DNA of 63,466 nucleotides, counting the filler, from Reticulomyxa filosa (Eukaryota; Protista; Foraminifera), in assembly GCA_000512085.1 (NCBI GenBank). It is 20 parts of 20 records of this genome, joined end to end, with 100 filler letters (N's around TTAATTAATTAA, not from the genome) between each part and the next. Parts side by side here need not be neighbours in the genome. Positions count along the whole stretch, not along the records: positions 1 to 1,223 come from ASPP01021644.1; positions 1,324 to 2,683 come from ASPP01028739.1; positions 2,784 to 11,790 come from ASPP01021378.1; 17 more parts are not named here. One strand, 5' to 3'. This document shows, piece by piece, positions 1-11,211 of this stretch. The notes under the pieces were generated by a model. It was not told where the DNA came from and ran no database searches. It saw only the letters and a program-made list of their open reading frames with translations. Each line of letters starts with the position of its first letter. Position 1 is the first letter of the stretch. Both the position numbers and the translations under genes were made by a program.

Positions 1-831
1 TAAAAAAATAACGATATCATCTTCTCTCTTTGGCTCAGTAATTAGTCGTTATATTTGAAAAATTGTTTTTAAAAATTGTGGGTCATTTTTCATTTTTTTT
101 TTAAACTGTTTTTTAAGGTAACCCACTTTTTTTCGAAAAACAGGTAAAAGGGGAATGTGATCACGTTTTTTTATTTTCGCTTATGTAATGTTTGTTTGCT
201 AAGAACAAACTACAAGCTTGCTCGTGTTAGGACATATGAGTAATGTGCCCTCATGAATACTCACGAAGTTTTGAGTTTTTGTTAACAACCAAAACTTGAC
301 TTTAGATAATATTCTAGTCATGTGAATAGAAGAGAAACAATTTTTTTCGTTCAGTAAATATTATTTGTCGTAAGTGCACAATTTACAGGTACGTATATAT
401 CACAACTTCTACAAATCCTTGAAAATTGTGATCTTTTGACTCATACATAAAGTCTCCTTTTGGACTCATTTGTTCCTACTTTAGCATTGGTGCACAGAAC
501 ATAGCTGAGTGTTCAAAAAATTCATTAATCGAATCTGAACAGCTATCAATTTGAAATGGTTTTATTATTTGAGTTATCAAATACGAGATTGATCATTTTT
601 CTCTCGCAAATTTATGATGTCTAATAAACAAAAAGAAGTTGATTATAACTGATACATAACGCAAATGTAAACTATTATCAATTATTGGTAATGTATCCTT
701 CATTTTCACCAACTTGCAGCTGCTTCTCTTTCACGTTTAAATTATTGTTTTCAGAAAAAAAAAGTTAATAAATTGTGTATTATTTCACTGACAAAACAAA
801 ATGTGCAAGCATTCCTGACCAAAGCAATTTC

Positions 832-1030
832 ACAGTTCGTGTATGAGACATTGATAACCACAAACAAATTCAATCATTCAATGGACATTCATATGAAGTG
901 TATTGTGTAAAATTATCATCACATCATTATCACAATCATCGTCAAAATTTCATATGCTCTTCATCAAATGACAAAATCATTCGTTTTTGGCAATTCAAAC
1001 ATAACAAAAATTACAAATATTCAATGGACC
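832..1030 (+). pseudogene. WD40-repeat gene relic of the same family as 8002-9513 and 58081-58737
   Basis: Manual translation TVRV*DIDNHKQIQSFNGHSYEVYCVKLSSHHYHNHRQNFICSSSNDKIIRFWQFKHNK aligns with the family members in this window. It has a TGG->TGA stop and a downstream frameshift. Confidence 0.85.
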
Positions 1031-1076
1031 CAATGATCTTTATGACCAACCACAAAATTCAACAAATTTAAAATAA

Positions 1077-1194
1077 AAAAATAACGAAAAATAAAAGGAA
1101 AAAAAAAAAGTAAAACTATGGGCCAGGCGGCACGAAGTGCCGCATGGCCCAAAGTTTAACTTTTCTTTTTTTCCTTTTATTTTTCGTTATTTTT
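1077..1194. repeat. Near-perfect palindrome, ~57-bp arms around a GAA triloop
   Basis: aaaaataacgaaaaataaaagg...aagtaaaactatgggccaggcggcac-GAA-gtgccgcatggcccaaagtttaactt...ccttttatttttcgttattttt, with only a few mismatches. Confidence 0.92.
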
Positions 1195-1223
1195 GGATTT
1201 GCTGCGTTCGACAAGTGCTGGTA

Positions 1224-1323
1224 NNNNNNNNNNNNNNNNNNNNNNNNNNNNNNNNNNNNNNNNNNNNTTAATTAATTAANNNNNNNNNNNNNNNNNNNNN
1301 NNNNNNNNNNNNNNNNNNNNNNN
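1224..1323. other. Artificial contig-joining spacer (first of 19)
   Basis: 44 N + TTAATTAATTAA (stop codons in all six frames) + 44 N. The same spacer recurs at 2684, 11791, 16474, 17592, 19541, 22010, 24674, 27238, 29074, 30386, 42552, 43895, 45227, 47843, 52078, 53233, 55184 and 57981 (start positions, each 100 nt). Confidence 0.98.
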
Positions 1324-1324
1324 A

Positions 1325-1474
1325 TTTACAAGTGATGTCAATAGAATGAATTATCAATTAGAATCACTACAACAAGTCTGGGCCAATAAATGGAAAATGT
1401 TGCTTGCAGCGGATAAGACTCAATGCATCACATTCAGGCATCAAAATAAAAGGAAACGCAACAATCAAATTTGA
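1325..1474 (+). mobile_element. Non-LTR retrotransposon (LINE) reverse transcriptase C-terminal fragment
   Basis: Manual translation FTSDVNRMNYQLESLQQVWANKWKMLLAADKTQCITFRHQNKRKR matches the post-YADD W..KW.M.L...KT..I.F motif of non-LTR RTs. Confidence 0.7.
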
Positions 1475-1639
1475 AGGAATGTGATCATGTCCTTGATTTC
1501 CACATGCTGCAACTTGGATATTTGACAAGATCCTACTTTGGAAGATTGATTATTCTCACTGTAATTAACGCGTTATTTAACAATGGGATTCTGATATCTA
1601 TAAACTACCAATTATATTGTCCATAAATTTTCACTTATT

Positions 1640-2030
1640 TACACTTTTACACGTACTGACATTCTCTTAGTGTTTCATATACATCTATCACCTTTTATTT
1701 TGCTTGCTATCCATGTTCCTTTCATTTGCTACATCTCAAGTTTTACATAGCTTTTCTGTATTTAGGATATCGTACCATGTCTTAAGGCGATCTAGTCTTG
1801 CATTTATTTGCATTATCTCAAATAATATTCTAATTGCCGCTTGTCTTGCTGTTATATATGCTGTATCACATATTCAATCATTGGACACCACTTGTTTGTA
1901 ATATTTGGTCTGTAACTCTACTGTTAATGCATATTATATACATTTCCTTCGCTTTCCTAATTAGCTGGCCTATGTGTTTGTTCCAGCTTCCTTTTTTTGT
2001 GTCCTATTATCACTCCTAGGATTTATAGTT
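1640..2030 (-). mobile_element. Heavily degraded LINE relic (RT thumb and downstream region)
   Basis: The minus strand gives ILGVIIGHKK/GSWNKHIGQLIRKAKEMY (one frameshift in an A run), resembling YLGV.ID..L.W..HI..L..KA. It is followed by stop-riddled LQTKYYKQVV...AIRILFEIMQINARLDRLKTWYDIL. Confidence 0.5.
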
Positions 2031-2783
2031 GTTATGGTACTTTTATCCACATTTATTTGTAGTATTAATTTTACCATCTTGTTCACCTGTATTTTGATCA
2101 AATTATTGCATAAATCTGCTTTTTCTGTTTGCTGTTCCATCTATATTTCTTTATTTATTTAATCCAATATCTCTGGCATTCTATTTATCTCCATTTTTAG
2201 TTAGTTCTTTTTAAGTGTTATCACTTTGTTCTATTAGTGCTCTATACCATTCGGTCTAGAATTCGTTTTGGCCCAAATAGTATTTGTTCTTTCTTTTCTT
2301 GTTGGTCCACGTCGGTGTTTACCAGTTTTTTTGTGTTGACAAACATCCTTGTTCCCACTTCGTGCTTATTTCCCATTCATTAGTACTTTTTAGTTCTTCC
2401 TCTTGACTTTCCATCTTCTTGTATTTCGGTCTTTTTTACTGCCTTGTTCATCCGCTAAAACGTCACTTCTGTCGTTAGGAATATTTTCTTTTTCTGTATA
2501 CGTAAATTTGCTACAATCTGTGTTAATTGCAAAATAATATTGTAAAACTTTTCAGCGCATGGAACATAGCAGCGGAATCACACAAGCAGAAAATCAAAGA
2601 TACTTGGTGTGATGAACTCGACAGAATACGACGTAAAATTGCAGCTGTCGCCATTTGAACTAAGAAAGCAATAAGAGGAATTCNNNNNNNNNNNNNNNNN
2701 NNNNNNNNNNNNNNNNNNNNNNNNNNNTTAATTAATTAANNNNNNNNNNNNNNNNNNNNNNNNNNNNNNNNNNNNNNNNNNNN

Positions 2784-5653
2784 GAAGTTGGAAGTGCAAA
2801 GAATACTTGCAAGTTTTTATTTGTTTAAAACAAGCAAACAAACGGAGCGATGCATTGGACTAAAAACCGTTTTTTTTTTTTTTACAACTTCGACCACTCC
2901 ACTTTTTTTTTTGGGGGGGGGAGAAAAAAAAAGAAGGGGGAAAATATCGACCGTGGGGCTCAATGCCGTCGATAACCCCAAAGAATACAAATGCAGAAAA
3001 TGGGTCGAACAAAGTGATTTGGGAAGTTTTGTATGATACATATACATACATATATGTTATCTTTTGTAATGCGCAAAATATGGAGCCAGTTTATTTTTTT
3101 TTTTTTTAAAGTATGAAAGCGAAGAAGGGTCATACAAAGATTGCTCCTCCTTGGTGAGCTCACTATTGGAAGATTGTTCCGTCAATGAGAATGTTAGTAT
3201 TTCTTGTAGTTCATGCATGTGGAGGGAGGGAGATAAGGATAAACACACATAGATTTGGAGGTCAAAAAAAAAAAAAAAAAAAAGGTGTGTTGGGACAATT
3301 GCCGTTTTCAAAAATGGGACGAAAATAATGGAGTGCAAATTAATCTCATCACCAATAAACGTACCAATCTGCGACGACGCACTCCAAAACGCGACTCCGT
3401 TGATCTGTACGTCAATTCAAGAAAATCAAAAAGAGACGATATATAACTTTTTTAAAAAAAAAAATTTTAATGCATACATACACGTATATATATACATATA
3501 TATATATGTATATATAATAGCCCCCAGCACCGCCAACAAGTATCATCTCTGCAACCCATCTTGGACTCCATCAGTTCCCCTACCATCCGTCCCGAGCCAA
3601 AGTCAAAGTCAAAGCCAAAGCCAACCAAACAGAACTTCATTTGGGTAATGTCCTTTCTATCGCGTTGAACGTGCCCAGATGCACATACGTATACATATAC
3701 GTACATATACATATATATATATATATATGTACATATATGTATACGTTTTATGTGAATAGGAGTGGGAAGAATATGAAGGCAGGTACAAACCATACGACGA
3801 TGAAACCATTTTCAAAATTGAACGAGCTCAGATTGGCGAAACTGTTATTTTTTTATTTGCTGGATTCCCTTTTTTTTTTTTTTTTGCTCCCTTGTGTGTG
3901 TGTGTGCACGTTCGAAACCACTTCTGACTCAACAATGTGCACTCTGGTTGTGACTCTGGTTTTTGTGTGTAGATACGCGTGGCAAACAGATACGAAGTGA
4001 CTAAAACTGACCAACACACCGCCATGCAATTCAACATGTTCACAAATACTTGTCGCAAGTGCAAGAGACGTGTGGTCGATCTCAGTTTTGTTTTTAAGAT
4101 TAACATGCTGGTATATACATATATAAATATATATGTATGTATGCGTTTCAAATGGCAACCAATTGAAACATACCTTGCAAATGAATACACTTTCATAGCA
4201 ACAGATGAGACAGAGACTACCAATTTGGTTAGAAAATGTCAACAATTGGAAGAACAGTTGCGGATGTTACAAGACGCCATTTGGGGTTTGTCTTTTTTTT
4301 TTTTTTGTCGTCCCACAAATCTCATCTAACAAATACACTTGTTTGTTTCAATTTTTTTGTATAGAATGGCAAGACGACACTAGCAACTGGAACGCATTTA
4401 CCGACCAGACAGTTTTCAAAAAGTTCGACAATGCACTCGTCAACGAATCAGTTTAGAATTACATTGTTGTTGCGATGGTCAAACGAAAACACCAAAAACA
4501 ATGATCACACAAAAAAAAAAGTTAAATGTTAACAATAAATGACATCACTTATCAATTTGTGAAAACTGGAGAAACAACTGGCACGCTGAGTGACTCAGTC
4601 ACCAGAAAGGTTAAGAAAGTTCAAAGAAGAGTTTTCATTAAAAGTTCAGTTAAAAAAAAACAAAAAAAAAAACGTTTCTAACATTACAACATATCAAACA
4701 CCGATTTACAACAAAAAATGGTTTAGTGGATGTGTATCCGGATTGGTGGGTGATTTCGTCCAAGCACAACGATGCGTTAGACGATCATTATTACCGCGAG
4801 TCCAAAGTGGAACGGGTTGACAACAACGCTTTCGTCAAACAAGCCATCGACGAGTTTCACAAAACGGTTAGTCGCACGTTGTTTCAAGTTGTCGAGGCGT
4901 ACATTGTACAAAACAAACTCACTTGGATACATCACCAAAGTTTGGAGAGAACATGGCTATCAACGAAAAGGGTCAATCCAAACACTGTCAACATCCGATT
5001 TATGTGGCATGGTTGAGTTTTTTTTCTATCTATCCTTCTTGTCTGTCCCCCTTTTTTATTTTTTTTTTTACTTAAAAAGGATCGTTTTCCGGCTTAGTTC
5101 CAGAGATGTGCAATAAAGTTTAGATTTCGAATACACTTTTTGCAATACATTCTTGTTTTTTTTTTAATTTTGAAAACATATTTGCATATAGGGCTTCCTA
5201 CGAGATTTTAACAAAAAACACATGTACGGGAAAGGGGTTTATTTTGCTCGAGATGCAAATTACCCAGTCGACAATGAATATGCCAGGTTCTCTTATTGGC
5301 TTGTTTTATTTGCCTGGTTTGTTCTTTTTCTTAAAAAAAACGGGTGGAATATAGATTTGATGATGAAAATGGATACGCACACTTGCTGTATTGCCGAGTT
5401 GTTTGTGGTGAAAGTGCAAAAGGGCAGCAGGATATGTTGAGACCCCCTAACAAACCATCCAGTAAGGGCGGATTCAATGTTGAGTACGAATCCTTGGTTA
5501 ATAATGTTAGCCAGCCAACGATTGTTGTTTGTTGCACTGATTTCCAAGTTAGTTCTTTTTTTTCGTCCCTTCTGTTTGCCCCCTTTTTTAAAGGTTTCTG
5601 TTTTGACTTAGGCTTATCCTGCCCTGAGATTAGTGATAAAAAAATTGGCATGA
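2784..5653 (+). CDS. Multi-exon PARP-family ADP-ribosyltransferase with tandem WWE-like domains (5'-partial)
   Basis: The spliced catalytic domain reads IRFMWHG-SFSGLVPEMCNK-GFLRDFNKKHMYGKGVYFARDANY...LLYCRVVCG...YESLVNNVSQPTIVVCCTDFQ-AYPALRLVIKKLA* (stop 5651-5653). Upstream exons hold WWE-like starts (YESEEGSYKD, EWEEYEGRYKPYDDE, EWQDDTSNWNAF) and ends (QINLITNKRTNLRRR, QFNMFTNTCRKCKRR). N-terminal exon structure is uncertain. Confidence 0.85.
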
Positions 5654-7037
5654 CCAAAAGTGTTTATTGTTAAAATGTTTTAGCTAGACCATAATAAAAG
5701 TGCAATCATATCTCTGTTGGTTGTCAATGTTTTTATTTTCAAATGGTGATCTTATTCATTACGATTTTTACAAGATCAAAGTTTTCTAACAGTTGATAAT
5801 AACTTAATCGCTCGATGTTCTTTACAGTAGCAGAGTGTATGTTTTCACGGTCGATTTAGTGTACTTTTTGGTGCGAAATGAAAGTGTAACACAAATGCTA
5901 CGACACAAATTAAATAAAAAGCTGTCGAAGGAAATCAAGACAGAACTTGATGTTCACGAACTACTTCAGGTATCAGATTTGTTCACTGATGAAAAGTTGT
6001 TGAAAGTTTTCCATGGATTTGAAGCGCACGATCAATTTTCATAAAAGCATGTTGAAATTAGTACGTATATTTTCTGTCGTACATAAAACACGCCCATGCA
6101 CGAAAAAAGCGCTTATCGTGTCCAATCGAATTGGATGTTAATATTTGAGAAGCTCTTAGAGTTGTGAAAGGAAAGGAAGCTTCTTTTTTTTACTTTTGGT
6201 GAAAAATAAAGCGCATTTTCGCACAAAATTTTTTTGTAGAATTTTCCATTTGACAATTAATGTATTACTTAACCTAAAAAAAGGGTGGCAAAGCCACATT
6301 TTTATTTGCTAAAGCTATTTTGTGATTATGGTTCAAGGATATCGTCTTCTTTACAGTGATATCAACAATTATATATTTCTTTAATCATACTTTTTAATAA
6401 ACACTAACGAACTATTACCCAACTTAATCACACAACACTTTTCAGGAGAAAAAAAACTTGGTACTTTGCGAAGAAGCGCCAACGCCATTATTTAAAAGAA
6501 AAAAAGACCAACTTTTTCCATTCAGCTGTTACAAGCAGGCTTCTTTCAAAAAGAATACAATGAACCGACGAATTCTTGTGTTTGTTTTGCAGTCAAGTCT
6601 TCGTCTACAAAAGTACAAACAACAACTAACTTGCCGCATTATTTACATAACAAAGACAAACAAACTTTTTCAGAATCTGTTTGGAAAAAATAATAGCGCT
6701 TAACAATTGTAAAAAACAAACTAAAAAATTTCTCCAAGTGTTTCAAAACTAAAAACAAAAAGACAAATTAAACTGCAAAAACTTCCACTCCAATTTAGAA
6801 ACTCTTTGCAAGTGAAGAGCTCTGTTTTTTCCAACTTGATCTTTTTCTAACAAAAATCTACTCCAAAAAAAAAATGATCAAAAATTGGAGTGGGATATTC
6901 TCCTTGAATAAAGATGATTTATAATTTTAATTTTTAAAAGTAATTGAAAAGTTAATCGTATTTGAAAATTGAACAAACAAATAGCTCTTACTCCAAACTT
7001 GTAAAAAGGGTAAATAGAAAAAGGAATATTTTTATTA

Positions 7038-9513
7038 ATGTTGCAAGCAGAAGGAAAAGAAAAAAATTTAAACAATTTTTCTCTCAATGATTGTTACAAC
7101 AAAGACTGGGTGGCTGCTTCGAATAAACAAGACCTAAAAAACCTGCAGTGTTTATTATGTGGCCAAGTTGCAAACAATGCAATGGAATTGAATTGTGATG
7201 AGCATGATAATCAAGAAGATACACTAGTAATTGGCGAACAATGTTTGATGAAATATTTAAAAGAGAATAATGATCAATGTCCTATTGGAAAACATAGCAC
7301 TTGCGACTACGTGAAAGGGAGGACTGCAAGGAAGTTTGTTTGTGAATTAAAAGTGATTTGTCCAAGACAATTTATGAAATATCCCAATCAAAGAGAAGAA
7401 AATGAAGCAAAAGAAGGTGACACACCTATGGAAGATAGCTGTGCATTTAAGGGAAAGATTAATGAAGTGAAAGAACATTTGGAAAATACATGTTCTTTGA
7501 AAACTTTGGAGTGTATATTTAAGAAATTTGGATGTAATGAAAGCTTATATGGTTCGAATTTTGAAGAGCACATGGAATTGCAAATGAAGAGGCATTTGGA
7601 TTTGTTGTTGGGTTGCATTTCCGATCGAACTGTAACACTTGCATTAGAATTTTTTTGTTTATTGATTTTATATTTTAAAAAAAAAACAAAAAACAAGTGT
7701 ATTGCATAAAAATGGAATATTTAGGAAGAAATAGAACAATCAAAATTGAAAATGAAAGAACAAGAAGATGAAATTCAATTGTCGAAATTGGATAGTGAAA
7801 ACAAAAATATACAAATTGAAGAACTTTTGAAACAGAGACAACAATGGGAAGAGAAAGAAAAAGAAATGAAAAAGTCACAAAATAATCTCCAACAAGACTT
7901 ACTCAAATATCGTACAGATATTGAACGATTGAAAAAAGAAGAACCACAATTAACAAAATTGTTGCAAGAAAAAAACGAAATTTTGAAACAAAATAAAAAA
8001 TATGAGGTTTATATATATATTTTTTTTTGTTGCTTATTTCATTGTAATATCACACATACCAAATCACACAACAAAGGATGAATTAAATGAATTGAAAGTG
8101 ATTATTAAAGAGTCACAACTGGAAATCGATCAATTGAAGAAACAAATACAAAACAAAAATGATGAAATTAATTCATTGGAACAAAACATCCAATTGAAAG
8201 ATAAGCAAATTCAACAAATGGAAAGAGATATTGCAGTCGTAAAAAAAGATTTCAATGACAAAGAAAAACAATACCATGAACCCGTCAAATCATTCAAAGA
8301 AAATTTTTTGGCATCAGTACAAGAGTCACACAAATTTTTTCAAAAAATGAATGATCAAAATAAAAGAGAAGAACAAAAACAAACAGACAATCAAGACATC
8401 AATGTATATTCTTCTTTATTTGCTCCATCTTCTGCGCTCAGGTCTAATGCATTTAGTTCATTCAAATTACTTAAGACACTCAGTGGGCACACTGGTAGTG
8501 TGACCAGTATTGATTATTCAACATTTGATGGTGATCAATACCTTTGTTCCGGATCAAATGACAACACAGTTCGTGTATGGGATATTGAGACTAACAAACA
8601 AAGTCACGTATTTGAAGGACATTCAAATTATGTACATTGTGTGAAATTTTCACCGTATCATTACCATAATAATCGGCGTCATGTCGTTTGTTCTTCATCA
8701 GATGATAAAACAATTTGTTTTTGGGATATCAAAGATAAAAAGCAACTCCAAGTATTTAATGAGCATACAGATGCTGTTTGGAGCATTAGATTTTCACCAT
8801 TTAATGATGGTAGATATCTGTGTTCTGGGTCAGGTGACAAAACAATTCGTTTATGGGATGTTGAAACATCAAAATCATTACATACTTTCAATGGACATAC
8901 TGGTGATGTTTTATGTGTTGATATTTCACAATTGCAAAGCAATAGCAATAAAAATAATAATATTGGTGGTAATGGATATACAATTTGTTCAGGATCATAT
9001 GATCATACCATTCGAATATGGGATATTGAAACAAACAAATTATTGATTACCTTTAAAGGACATGAAGAAGCAGTAAATAGTATAAAATATGGATCGAATG
9101 GATTAGGGACTATTGGCTGTGCAAATACAATATTATCTGGATCATCGGATAAAAGTGTTCGTTTGTGGGATATTCGATCTGGTCAACAAACCCAAGTGTT
9201 CAATGGACATCTCAATTATGTGAACGTGGTTGAGTATTCACCATTTGTAGTGAATCATGGAAATAGTCTCATTCTTTGGCGTAACTCAACTGCAATATGT
9301 TCTGGATCGAATGACAATACAATTCGTTTTTGGGATGTTCGATCAAAGAAAGAATTACGTGTGATCAATGGGAATGATGGCGCAATATTGTGTCTGAAAT
9401 TTGTATCTGCGAAAAGGAATGAAAAGAAAAATGAAAATGAAAAGAATAGCGATTATGGTTTTAATTTGTGTTATGGTTCAAGAAAAGGTCACGATATTCA
9501 CATTTGGGGATAA
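7038..9513 (+). CDS. RING-like/TRAF-type zinc finger - coiled coil - WD40 protein (TRAF7-like architecture); introns near 7632-7730 and 8007-8076
   Basis: ORF 7038 has a Cys/His cluster plus CAFKGKINEVKEHLENTCSLKTLECIFKKFGC...HM..QMKRHL (TRAF-like zinc finger). ORF 7746 is E/K/Q-rich coiled coil. ORF 8002 has about 7 GH...SGS.D.T.R.WD repeats. Confidence 0.88.
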
Positions 9514-10619
9514 CTTAAAATTCCAATAGGAAATAAAATCACTTTTGTGTAGTTTTATTTTTTTTTTAGTTTTAAAGAATCCAAAAGAAAACAACTTTTG
9601 GATTTAATTATCAATCCCTTTTTAAAATTTGTTTATGGACTTGTTCATGTTGACTGTTGTGAAGTGATAATGTGTCTTTAATTGTATATTGAAGGAATGT
9701 CTTTCTTCAGGTACATTGACTATTCTTCTTCACAGTACCAGATTAGATCACTTACATGGATTGGCCCAAGACAAAATGCGCTCGAATAATCACAAATCTT
9801 GGAAGGGGAAAGGTAATTGGAAATGCTTATTAAAATTTCTCTCAATTAAATCAAACAGCAATCCAATTGAGCTTTAGATGTCACAATTTCTCCGCATTTT
9901 AAAAATTTATCCATTTTTACAAATGGATGAGACACTTTTGTCATCTATAACATAAAGTAATACAATTGTTTTTCATATCGAATTTGCTCCCAAGAACAAG
10001 TCGTGTTGTCAAATGATCATATAAGATTTTTTAAAAGCCAAATATCATTACCATTATGCTCAAGAAATTGCCTTAAATAATATTCATCAGCAATTGACGT
10101 TCACGTGTTAAGGACGTACGATTTCAATCAGATTATTTTAAATACAACGAACAGTGTGTTGTTACTCATTTAATCTCATATCTGGTGATTATCATTTTTC
10201 CAACATCTTATATTTGCTTTTTGGTTGTTGAGGTCTCCTATTATCAATTTTGTAATAGAGTCTTTTGTTGAAAAACCCTTTGTCAAAACAATAAAAGTTT
10301 AACTGTTCTTTTGCTGTTTCAAAAGATTTTGTAAAATTATATTATTTGTATTATTCTTTGACAAAAAACAGTCATTCTTGTGTTCAATTATGATTGTGGA
10401 ACAATACGCTATTGGCTTAATTTTTAATTCAAACAAGGTAAGCCATAACTTTTTTGAAACACACTTTTGAAATCTTTGCTTTGGTGCAGTAATTTGTTTC
10501 TTCTTTTTTCAAAAGGGGTGCTAACTTCCACCTTCAGACAGAAAATTCCAACAATAAAAAACTTTATGAATTTGAATACCCAAGAAATCTGTGGCAAAGA
10601 CGAAGAAACAATTGTAAAC

Positions 10620-11211
10620 ATGAGCGATTTAAGGGAAGAGGAAACAAAAGGAACATACGGAACTGGAGCGGTTACAGTTTCTTTTGACACTTAATCGAGA
10701 TTTGACAAAAAATGGATTTTGTATTTAAATCAAGCAGAACAAATTAACCATTTTATTTGTTTAATTTGCAGACAAGTTGTCAACAATTAAGTCGAAATCA
10801 ATTGTCCTCAACACGAAGATATGGACGAAACATTGATAGCAAGAGAGAATTGTTTGAAACAATTTCTCACAAAAAACGACAATAAATGTCCAATTCAATC
10901 TCATGATGGCTGTCAGCACTCGATAATTAAACTAATACAACGACTGATTAATGACTTAGCTGTAGCGTGTCCAAGACAATTTCAACAAGACTTACATAAG
11001 TCTGGAAGAAATGAAGGATAATACAATCTGTTTTTGGGATGTTTGATCAAATAAGAAGGAATTATATCTGATCAAAGGGGAAAAAGAGGATTATGTTTTA
11101 AATTTTTATATCAGAAAAAGAAGAAACAGAACAACGAAAATAAAAAATAGAAAGTATGATTTTGGTTTATGTTATGTCTCATTCTGGTTTTTTATTCGTA
11201 TTTGGGGATAA
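10620..11211 (+). pseudogene. Internally deleted pseudogene of the RING-like/WD40 family
   Basis: FDKKWILYLNQAEQINHFICLICRQVVNN*VEINCPQHEDMDETLIARENCLKQFL...CPIQSHDGC...ACPRQF is fused directly to the last WD repeat DNTICFWDV*SNKKEL...LCY...IRIWG*, with several stops. Confidence 0.85.

Noticed and set aside
832-860. In-frame TGA at a conserved Trp as evidence of an alternative genetic code
   Set aside because: Intact genes here use TGG for Trp and TGA as stop (PARP, U-box). This copy also has a frameshift, so it is a pseudogene.
9689-10310. Possible third RING-WD40 relic (CLLKFLSIKSNSNPIE)
   Set aside because: Only one short motif resembles the family; too degenerate to support.
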